From the NCBI GenBank assembly GCA_964642485.1, contig CAZXPA010000002.1:1-34250 (forward strand): a DNA stretch of 34,250 nucleotides, given 5' to 3'. Shown one piece after another: positions 14,951-22,608 of the stretch. Position 1 is the stretch's first letter; every line of letters begins with the position of its first letter. Source of the stretch: an uncultured Gammaproteobacteria bacterium. Its GTDB lineage: Bacteria > Patescibacteriota > Patescibacteriia > UBA2591 > UBA6264. The translations under genes were made by a program, and so were the position numbers. A model generated the notes under the pieces. That model saw nothing but the letters and a program-made list of their open reading frames with translations. It was not told where the DNA came from and made no database searches.

Positions 14951-16527
14951 TAAAGACGTTTTTTTAAAAACCTTAAAGCCTGCTTTTTATTTTTAATCTT
15001 TTTGCTTAACTGTCGTTCACGCACTAATCCTAAAAGTCTACCAATCCGAGGCCCCGGAGATAGATTAAACTCTTTCATAATATCATCACCAGTAACTAAT
15101 GGTTTAGGCAACTCCTTTCTGCTTTTACTTAACTCTTTTAATCCTTTAATTCTGTCAAGCATTTGATTAAACTTTTCAAAATCTGGCTTACCTTTTTGGG
15201 GGATCGTTGCCGAAATATCAATAAAAGATAATCTAAGTAAATCTTGACCTGGCTTACGGGGGTTAAAAAAGTATTTCTCAATTGTCCCCGGTCTCATCTT
15301 GGTTATATCTCCCCTGATTAATATCATATGTTGCCTTACTAACCAGGCCAAATTTTCTGGATCAACGCCTACCTCAGCCGGACTTGATAATTTTAATCGC
15401 TGACAAATCTTTTTTGTAATTTCTTCTCCGACAACATCATGCCCATTAAAACGGATTCGATCTGTACCATCTTTTTCTGGGGTTCGGATAGTATATGGTT
15501 TACCTAAATCATGAAACATAGCGGCTAAAATTAAATCTGTTGATAATGGTTTTTTGCCAAATTGCTTTTTAAATTCTGGAGAAGTTAATTTTTCTAAACA
15601 TAGACGGGCATGATTCCAAACATCACCTTCTGAATGAAAATTTTCTGGCTGAGGACATCCTTTCATTTTTAAAATCTCTGGCATCAATTCTTTAAAAGCT
15701 CCACTTTTATCATATAAATCAAAAGCTTGAACTGGATTATGCTTAAAGGCCTTTAAAAACTCCTTGGCAATTACCTCATAAGGAATGGCCCGCTTTTCAA
15801 CAACCTTGGACTCAACAGTTGGACCACTGGAAACTGACTCCACTCTCCGACCTATTTTATTAAGAAGTTCAATTCGTTTTTTTAAAGCCTGCCAGGTTTT
15901 TTCTTCAATTTTAAAATTAAGCTGACAAGCCAGCCTTATAGCCCTTAACATCCTGGAATAATCTTCCTTAAATCTCTCTGTCGGAAGCCCTACTGTTCGT
16001 ATTAACCTTTTTTCTAGATTATCAATTCCCTTATAAGGATCAATAATCTGCCATTGACCAACGCCTTTTTTGCTGGATTTCTTCCATCTTAAGGCTATGG
16101 CATTGATAGTAAAATCGCGACGGCTTAAGTCCTTGTTAATTGACAAATCGGGATTACTTTGAATCTCAACGTCTCGATAACCACCAGTGCCAAAAGAAAA
16201 ATCTCTTCTTGGTAAAGCAATGTCAAATGGATTATGAGAATCACCGTCCTTGGGAACAAATTTAAACACGCCAAACAACTGACCAACTAAATTAACCTTT
16301 CCCTGGTTTGCTAAAAATTTCTCTAAATCCTTTACTTTGACTTTTCGAACAACAAAATCATAATCCTTAGTTGGCTTTGATAAAAGTAGATCTCTAACTG
16401 CTCCGCCAACTAAAAAAATATCCGCTGAAGGAAATTTCTTTTTAAGTTTTTCTAAAAAACTAAAACCCCTCTCTTTTTCTAAAGATTCTAAATTCATAGC
16501 AGGACTATCTTTTTTCTTTAAGGGCAT
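14950..16527 (-). CDS. cca: CCA-adding tRNA nucleotidyltransferase with HD domain
   Basis: LVGGAVRDLLL and DYDF motifs, RRDFTINA, and an HD domain (FHDLGK). Several local tRNAs lack an encoded CCA. Confidence 0.9.
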   Translation of the reverse strand: MPLKKKDSPAMNLESLEKERGFSFLEKLKKKFPSADIFLVGGAVRDLLLSKPTKDYDFVVRKVKVKDLEKFLANQGKVNLVGQLFGVFKFVPKDGDSHNPFDIALPRRDFSFGTGGYRDVEIQSNPDLSINKDLSRRDFTINAIALRWKKSSKKGVGQWQIIDPYKGIDNLEKRLIRTVGLPTERFKEDYSRMLRAIRLACQLNFKIEEKTWQALKKRIELLNKIGRRVESVSSGPTVESKVVEKRAIPYEVIAKEFLKAFKHNPVQAFDLYDKSGAFKELMPEILKMKGCPQPENFHSEGDVWNHARLCLEKLTSPEFKKQFGKKPLSTDLILAAMFHDLGKPYTIRTPEKDGTDRIRFNGHDVVGEEITKKICQRLKLSSPAEVGVDPENLAWLVRQHMILIRGDITKMRPGTIEKYFFNPRKPGQDLLRLSFIDISATIPQKGKPDFEKFNQMLDRIKGLKELSKSRKELPKPLVTGDDIMKEFNLSPGPRIGRLLGLVRERQLSKKIKNKKQALRFLKKRL

Positions 16528-16536
16528 ATAAATTAT

Positions 16537-17025
16537 TTAACTATCTAGTTTTTTGTGCCAAAAAATTGTTGTCATCTGACGATAGAGCTTACTACCTGGC
16601 GATCCAAATGTAAAATAATGGCGAACTGGCGTACGTCTACTCTGACTATTACTAATTGCTTGTCTATTACCAACGTAAAAACCAATATGGCTATGGGTTT
16701 TGCCATCTGGATACAATTTTTTTTTCCAAACAATAACCGCGCCCTTCCTTGGTTTTTTGATTTTTATCCAACCAGACTCTTGCATGTCACCTATAGTGCT
16801 CTTTACTGTTAAATGAGATTTATTAATTAAGTCGAAATTATTTAAAATAAAAGAAACAAAAAAAGCACAGGAAAGCTCCCCGTCTTTTACCCCATCCTTC
16901 TTATTTTTTCCGTTGTAAATATAAAAATTTTGAAAAAGACGGGTTCCTAAACTATTTTCTATCATTTTAAGATATGAATCCTTGATAATAAAAACTGTTC
17001 TGGGACCAGATTTCTGTAAGGCCAT
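16537..17025 (-). CDS. NlpC/P60-like papain-fold hydrolase (putative)
   Basis: Cys motif ELSCAFFV plus GAVIVW...HSHIGFYVGNRQAISNS fits the NlpC/P60 Cys-His pattern. No signal peptide. Confidence 0.5.
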   Translation of the reverse strand: MALQKSGPRTVFIIKDSYLKMIENSLGTRLFQNFYIYNGKNKKDGVKDGELSCAFFVSFILNNFDLINKSHLTVKSTIGDMQESGWIKIKKPRKGAVIVWKKKLYPDGKTHSHIGFYVGNRQAISNSQSRRTPVRHYFTFGSPGSKLYRQMTTIFWHKKLDS

Positions 17026-17043
17026 AATTTTTCAATAAAATAG

Positions 17044-17118
17044 TGGGCGTACCCCGACTCGAACGGGGGACCTTCTGCGTGTCGAGCAGACGCTCTAAAC
17101 CAACTGAGCTATACGCCC
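17044..17118 (-). tRNA. tRNA-Val(GAC) with an unusual C33, no encoded CCA
   Basis: GGGCGTA..TCTGC-TCGACAC-GCAGA..CCCCG-TTCGAGT-CGGGG-TACGCCC-A. Confidence 0.8.
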
Positions 17119-17151
17119 AACAAAAAGTAACCTCACTGCTAGCCTCCCAAG

Positions 17152-17226
17152 TGGTGGGCGTAGATGGATTTGAACCATCGACCTTTTCTTTATCAGAGAA
17201 ACGCTCTACCCCTGAGCTATACGCCC
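17152..17226 (-). tRNA. tRNA-Ile(GAU), CCA encoded
   Basis: GGGCGTA..TTTCT-CTGATAA-AGAAA..GATGG-TTCAAAT-CCATC-TACGCCC-A-CCA. Confidence 0.9.
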
Positions 17227-17240
17227 AAAATCATTCTATC

Positions 17241-17265
17241 ATTTTAACAATATAACATTTTAACA
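17241..17265 (-). promoter_or_regulatory. Two tandem extended -10 boxes (TGtTAAAAT) upstream of tRNA-Ile
   Basis: Minus-sense tgttaaaatgttatattgttaaaatgatagaatgatttt, then the tRNA. The proximal box ends 14 nt from the tRNA 5' end. Confidence 0.55.
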
Positions 17266-17371
17266 AAAACATTTCAACTATATGATTGCATAATAATAGA
17301 ATAACAAAAAAACCAGTTAAAATCAATCCCTCACCCAGAATTTATGCATTTTTTAATGCGAAGCATATATC

Positions 17372-17409
17372 TCTAAAAAAATAAAGTGCCACTGGTAAAG
17401 AGGCACTTT
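17372..17409 (-). terminator. Rho-independent terminator between 16S and tRNA-Ile
   Basis: Minus-sense aaagtgcc-(12 nt)-ggcacttt followed by atttttttag. Confidence 0.65.
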
Positions 17410-17627
17410 GTTTTATATACACACTTTCAAAAATGCTGAGCATTAAATGAGCAGGTTCTTATAAATTCCGGGTAAGAGATGAAGAATTTGTCAAAGGCAG
17501 AGAGAGCCAACCTTTACCTTACCTTGAATCTTATATGATTCAAGGGTCGACCTCGTTACTGTTAAACAGCAACTGAGTCCTCTAAATGAGGTGATCCACC
17601 CACAGCTTCCGCTACGGGTGCCTTGTT

Positions 17628-17939
17628 CATGTTATTCCCTATGTTTCCATGGGCACGGACTATATCTTCACCCCCTTCTTTCGATCGAAAGGAGGGGGGC
17701 CAACGTATGATAACAGTTTGATTCTCTAATAAACTTAGAGCCCCTGCTATCAAAGGTATAAACCTTAAGTCTCTACGGGGCGAAGCACTCAACGCCTTGA
17801 GTGCTCGCTTCCCACGATGTTGCCTTCATGCCTTTATTTTAGCATAAAATGACTAAAAAATAAAGAGTAAGGGTTCACCGTTATAGTTGGGTTTTTCTTA
17901 AGGATTACTCCCTAAGGTCGCAATTTACAGGTTGTAACC
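17628..17939 (-). mobile_element. Group I intron (312 nt, no ORF) at E. coli-equivalent position about 1498
   Basis: Interrupts AAGTCGT|AACAAGG. The 5' exon ends in U and the intron ends in G. Core-like GTAGAGACTTAAGG and GAAGATATAGTCCGT elements. GCGAC can pair with exon GUCGU, with a U-G pair at the splice site. Confidence 0.8.
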
Positions 17940-18358
17940 ACGACTTCGCCCCTGTTACCAATCCTACCTTATTCCCGCGAACGCGGACTTTCGGGTATTA
18001 CCGGCTTCCTTGGCGTGACGGGCAGTGAGTACAAAGTTTGGGAACGTATTCACCGTACCGTAGCTGATATACGGTTACTAGCGATTCCAGCTTCATGAGG
18101 TCGAGTTGCAGACCTCAATCCGAACTGAGACCGGCTTTGATGGGATTAGCTCCGCCTTACGGCTTTGCGACCCTTTGTACCGGCCATTGTACCACGTGTG
18201 TTGCCCAGGGCATAAGGGCCATGCTGATTTGACGTCGTCCCCACCTTCCTCCGGCTCATCACCGGCAGTCCTCTTAGAGTGCCCAACTTCTTAAAAGAAT
18301 GATGGCAACTAAGAGCAAGGGTTGCGCTCGTTTCCCCACTTAAGGGTACACGTCACCG

Positions 18359-18389
<31 letters not shown>

Positions 18390-18519
18390 ACTAGGTTCCG
18401 ATTTTACGGTCAGTCAACCTTTCGGCTAACCTACAACCTAGCGAGTCAAGCCCTGGTGAGGTTCTTCGCTTAGCATCGAATTAAACCACATGGTCCACCG
18501 CTTGTGCAAACTCCCGTCT

Positions 18520-18551
<32 letters not shown>

Positions 18552-18932
18552 TCCCAGGCGGGATGCTTAACGCGTTAGCTTTTTTACTGCGGCACTGAAA
18601 GGGTCGACACTTCCAATGCCCAGCATCCATCGTTTACGGCGTGGAATACCGGGGTATCTAATCCCGTTCTCTCCCCACGCTTTCGTGTCTCAGCGTCAGA
18701 ACTGTTCTAGCAAGCTGCCTTCGCATTCGGTGTTCCTGCCGATATTAACGGATTCTACCCCTACACCGGCAGTTCCACTTGCCTCTCCCAGTCTCTAGTT
18801 TAATAGTTTTTCTGGCGCTCCCAATGTTGAGCAAAGGGCTTTAACCAGAAACTTATTAAACCGCCTACACACGCTTTACGCCCAGTAAATCCGGATAACG
18901 CTTGTCGCCTTCGTCTTACCGCAGCTGCTGGC

Positions 18933-19380
18933 TGTATACTCATAATAGAGTAATTGCTACGGACTATATCACAATCCTTTTTTATAAATAAAAGGACCCT
19001 CGGCGTATGATAACAGTTTATAATTCCAGATTATCTGGCACCTGTTATCTCATCGCTTAATATTTAGCTTTAAGCGAATCAGTCTCTGAGGGGTTAATCC
19101 CGACTTGTCGGGACAACTTCCCTGCTGATTGCCTATAAGCTGTTTCGTCATAAACGAAATGCAGCAAAATCTTAAAGTTTAGATAAGAATTTTAACCTTT
19201 TCAAACTTCAAGGTTCTGGCAAAGCCAGGTTCTTATAGTTTGGCAATAAGATATTATACCTTTCAAACTTCAAGGTTCTGGCAAAGCCAGGTTCTTATAG
19301 GTTTCCAGCATATAAGCCAAGTTTTTCAACTTCGATTACTCGAAGAAGTCGCGCTCTTTGATAAGACGAAAATTAATTGC
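18933..19380 (-). mobile_element. Group I intron (about 448 nt, no ORF) at E. coli-equivalent position about 516
   Basis: Interrupts CTTCGT|GCCAGCAGC. Core-like CTCAGAGACTGATT and GTGATATAGTCCGT. Shares aaactgttatcatacg with the other intron. Boundaries are ambiguous by 1-2 nt. Confidence 0.75.
19195..19300. repeat. 43-44 bp direct repeat (period 63 bp) inside the position-516 intron
   Basis: acctttt-caaacttcaaggttctggcaaagccaggttcttatag at 19195-19238 and again at 19258-19300, differing by one T. Confidence 0.9.
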
Positions 19381-19821
19381 ACGAAGTTAGCTGCGACTTA
19401 TTCCTGGGGTACACTCAACCGAAGCTTGTTCCCCCAGAAAAGCAGTTTACACTCCGAAAAGATTCATCCTGCACGCGGCGTCGCTCCTTCAGCCTTTCGG
19501 CCATTGAGGAAGATTCTTGACTGCAGCCCCCCGTAGGAGATTGAGCAGTGTCTCAGTCTCAATGAGGCGGATCATGCTCTCACACCCGCTACCCGTCATC
19601 GGCTTGGTAGGCCATTACCCTACCAACAACCTGATGGGCCATAAGCTCCTCAGAAAGCGCGATTGCTCGCTTTACTAAGCACTCAATATGAGTGCTCAGC
19701 ATATGGGGTATTAGCCTCGATTTCTCGAGGTTATTCCCCTCTTTCCGGCAGATTACTAATGTGTTACTCTCCCGTTTGCCACTGCCTGATAAATCAGGCC
19801 GTTCGACTTGCATGCCTTAGA

Positions 19822-19861
<40 letters not shown>

Positions 19862-19933
19862 TTAAAAAAGATTTGATCTAATAAATAAAAGGAATAGATT
19901 GGCTAATTCTCTACCTTTGACAAATTCTTCATT

Positions 19934-19996
19934 TTACCCTGTTAAATGCCGCTTCGCGGCAATTTCGCCAAGGGCGAAATTATTTAACAGGGTGAA
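19934..19996. repeat. 60-bp palindromic element, copy 3 (intergenic, between trmD and 16S)
   Basis: taccctgttaaat-gccgc-ttc-gcggc-aatttcgcc-aag-ggcgaaatt-atttaacagggtga. On the plus strand it is in the opposite orientation to copies 1 and 2. Confidence 0.9.
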
Positions 19997-20080
19997 TTGT
20001 TAAAGAACTGGTTGGGTACTTAGGTACTTAGTTAATTGGGGATTAATTAATTTGCTCTTCCCAATGACCCGATTACCCAA

Positions 20081-20761
20081 TTACCCGATTACCTGATGTG
20101 TCCGCCACTCTTTTACTTTCTGATGATCGCCTGAAAGTAAAACCTTTGGCGCCTTCAGCTTCTTTAGCTTACCAAACTTATCTTTATATGTAAAGACCTC
20201 TGGACGAGTATATTGTGGATATTCAATATTAATTGATGATTTAAAAGAAAAGCTCTCTTCTTCTAAAGATTCTGCTTTAATCACCCCAGGAATTAACCTG
20301 GCAACCGCATCAACAATTATCATGGCAGGGATTTCTCCGCCTGTCAAGATATAAGAACCGATAGAAATTTGTTCATCAACAAACTTTGTTACCCTTTCGT
20401 CAACCCCCTCATACCGACCACAAATTAGAACCACTCTTTCTGTTCTTGACAATCTCCTGGCTGTCTTTTGATCAAGTTGCTTACCTTTTGGGGTTAATAA
20501 AATAATTCTTAATTTTTTATTTATATTTTTGGTTTTACTTAAACTTCTTATTGCTCTATATAAAGGAGGGAGTTTAAGAATCATTCCCGGCCCACCGCCA
20601 TAAGGTTTATCATCTACTGTTTTGTGCTTGTCAGTAGTCCATTTTCTAAGGTTATGAACCTTAATTTTAATGAATTTCTTTTTCTGGGCCCGAGCAATAA
20701 TCGAGGTATTAAAATAGGAATCAAAAATATGAGGAAATATTGTAATAATATCAAACTGCAT
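20081..20761 (-). CDS. trmD: tRNA (guanine37-N1)-methyltransferase TrmD
   Basis: MQFDIITIFP, DDKPYGGGPGM, LICGRYEGVDERV and SIGSYILTGGEIPAMIIVDAV. Confidence 0.95.
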   Translation of the reverse strand: MQFDIITIFPHIFDSYFNTSIIARAQKKKFIKIKVHNLRKWTTDKHKTVDDKPYGGGPGMILKLPPLYRAIRSLSKTKNINKKLRIILLTPKGKQLDQKTARRLSRTERVVLICGRYEGVDERVTKFVDEQISIGSYILTGGEIPAMIIVDAVARLIPGVIKAESLEEESFSFKSSINIEYPQYTRPEVFTYKDKFGKLKKLKAPKVLLSGDHQKVKEWRTHQVIG

Positions 20762-20929
20762 AACTCGCTACGCTCGTTTTACTACTAAATACGAATTTGT
20801 ACAAAAATACTAAAAATTATTTTCATTTCTTTCGTACTTTAGTAATATTTTCGTATTTCGTAGTAGTTAAGCAAAAATCGTCACCCAATAAGGCAACGAC
20901 TTCTGCGCCCCTTTTATTGGGAATACGTT

Positions 20930-21235
20930 TTACAATTTTAATTCTTCATCAGCACTTGCCCGTGGGGCTTTCCTGGTAGACCCTTCAGGTTCTTCAATCT
21001 TAAGGTTAACCCGGGCATTATTTCTTAGGCCAACAATTCGCAAAAGACTTCTAACCGCCCGTGCAGTTGAACCCTGACGACCAATAACCTGACCCATATC
21101 TTCTGGGTTAATTTTTAACGAGAGGAGAACTCCCATTTCATCAACGTTCCGAGTCACTTTAACGTCCTCTGGGTGAACAACAAGTGCCTTAATGACATTC
21201 TCTAAGAATTCCTGATCTTTATATTTTTCAGCCAT
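20930..21235 (-). CDS. KH-domain RNA-binding protein (YlqC/UPF0109-like)
   Basis: LVVHPEDVKV...GQVIGRQGSTARAVRSLL contains a GxxG KH motif. Lies in the conserved position after rpsP. Confidence 0.85.
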   Translation of the reverse strand: MAEKYKDQEFLENVIKALVVHPEDVKVTRNVDEMGVLLSLKINPEDMGQVIGRQGSTARAVRSLLRIVGLRNNARVNLKIEEPEGSTRKAPRASADEELKL

Positions 21236-21425
21236 ATACTTAATCTAATGTCTTGACTAATACACTAATAAAAATGTATATTAATCTACTTCTACTTATC
21301 TATAAAACCTTCCAGCCTTTCGACCTTTTCCTGAAACCGGAAAAAATAACTTAATACGGTTTCTCAATTTCTTCAAGACTGGCATTTCAGTTGTTATTTA
21401 AAGTGTAACAAAAATATATTTCTTG

Positions 21426-21749
21426 TCAACCCCCCTCTTTTTTTGGCTTCTTTTTTACTGCTCTTTCCTTTTTACCCTTTTTCTTGTGTACCCTGGTTAC
21501 CTTAACTTTTTTGCCCTTAATAATCCCTTGCTTAATTAATAAATTATGAACTGAACCAGTTGACTGAGCTCCTTGAGAAAGCCAATATTTTATCCGCTCA
21601 ACTTTAAGAACGGTCTTTTTTGTTAAGGGGTTTAAAAATCCTAAATCTTCTAAAAAATCCCCCCGAGGATCTTTAGCTTTTTCCAATAAAATTATTCGAA
21701 AAAACGGTTGATTTTTTTTTCCTTTTCGACTTAACTTGATCGCTAACAT
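21426..21749 (-). CDS. rpsP: 30S ribosomal protein S16 with basic C-terminal extension
   Basis: MLAIKLSRKGKKNQPFFRIIL...RIKYWLSQGAQSTGSV. Confidence 0.95.
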   Translation of the reverse strand: MLAIKLSRKGKKNQPFFRIILLEKAKDPRGDFLEDLGFLNPLTKKTVLKVERIKYWLSQGAQSTGSVHNLLIKQGIIKGKKVKVTRVHKKKGKKERAVKKKPKKEGG

Positions 21750-21758
21750 AACAAAATC

Positions 21759-21767
21759 ATTTTAACA
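21759..21767 (-). promoter_or_regulatory. Extended -10 box TGtTAAAAT, 9 nt upstream of the rpsP ATG (second copy at 21783-21791)
   Basis: Minus-sense aatgttaaaatgattttgttATG. Confidence 0.5.
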
Positions 21768-21885
21768 TTAGAACATTGGAACATTTTAACATAATCTTTT
21801 AAAAAAGCAATGAGTGTTTTATTTATTCATAGCATTCGCATACATTCGCTCGCCTCGTCTCCGAGTCGGAGCGGGTAGATTGGCA

Positions 21886-22608
21886 TTATTTTTGTGCTTT
21901 CTTGGCCACTAAATTACTGGCCCTGAGTAAAGAATCAAATGTGCCGGCATCTGACCAAAACCCTTTAACAACCTCAAAAGAAGCTGTTTTTTGGTTGATA
22001 TAGAAATTATTTACATCAGTAATCTCTAATTCTCCTCTTTGAGAGGGTTTTAAGGTCTTAATTACATCAAAAACTTGACCATCATACATATAAAGACCAG
22101 TTACAGCATATTGACTCTTTGGTTTTTTCGGTTTTTCTTCAATCTTGATTATCTTTTTCCCTTTAAGCTGAGCCACGCCAAAACGTTCTGGATCTGAAAC
22201 TTTCTTTAAAAAAACCTTAGCTCCCCATTTTTGATTTTCAAAATCCTTAACTGCCCTAGTAAAATCATCTTCAAAAATATTATCACCTAAAATAACCACT
22301 ACCTTACCAGTGTCAGCAAAATCTTCAGCCAAGCCCAGGGCCTCAGCAATCCCCCCAGATCCTTCCTGATAAGTATAATGAATCTCTTTTAAACCAAACT
22401 CTTTTCCATTGCCCAAAAGTTTTAGAAAATCACCTGGGTTATTACCACCAGTAACAATTAAAACCTCCTTAATGCCCGCATTGACCAGCGTTTCTAAAGG
22501 ATAATAGATCATAGGCTTCTTAAAAACTGCTAAACAATGTTTGTTGGTGACTTTTGTTAAGGGGAGTAACCGGGTTCCGGTTCCCCCGGCAAGAATGATT
22601 CCCTTCAT
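21886..22608 (-). CDS. Sugar-phosphate nucleotidyltransferase (glucose-1-phosphate thymidylyl/uridylyltransferase-like)
   Basis: MKGIILAGGTGTRLLPLT signature, and a short (240 aa) RfbA-like fold. Confidence 0.85.
   Translation of the reverse strand: MKGIILAGGTGTRLLPLTKVTNKHCLAVFKKPMIYYPLETLVNAGIKEVLIVTGGNNPGDFLKLLGNGKEFGLKEIHYTYQEGSGGIAEALGLAEDFADTGKVVVILGDNIFEDDFTRAVKDFENQKWGAKVFLKKVSDPERFGVAQLKGKKIIKIEEKPKKPKSQYAVTGLYMYDGQVFDVIKTLKPSQRGELEITDVNNFYINQKTASFEVVKGFWSDAGTFDSLLRASNLVAKKAQK

Noticed and set aside
17043-17255. ORFs spanning tRNA genes (17043-17255, 12456-12668, 10172-10360, 33244-33435, 33539-33775)
   Set aside because: Each is explained by tRNA genes or their flanks, and none has coding features.
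19866-20080. Confident 16S promoter call (TTGTCA-17-AATCTA on minus; TTGACA at 19916 on plus)
   Set aside because: The -10 matches are poor, or the element faces away from any gene. Only the TAAAAT box at the palindromic element edge is noted, as a hypothesis.
20797-20979. 60-aa ORF in the KH-trmD spacer, and 25997-26206 (69 aa) in the 25960-26280 spacer
   Set aside because: Both lie in AT-rich word-repeat spacer sequence and give Phe/Ile/Tyr-rich translations. Both are on the strand opposite to all neighbouring genes.
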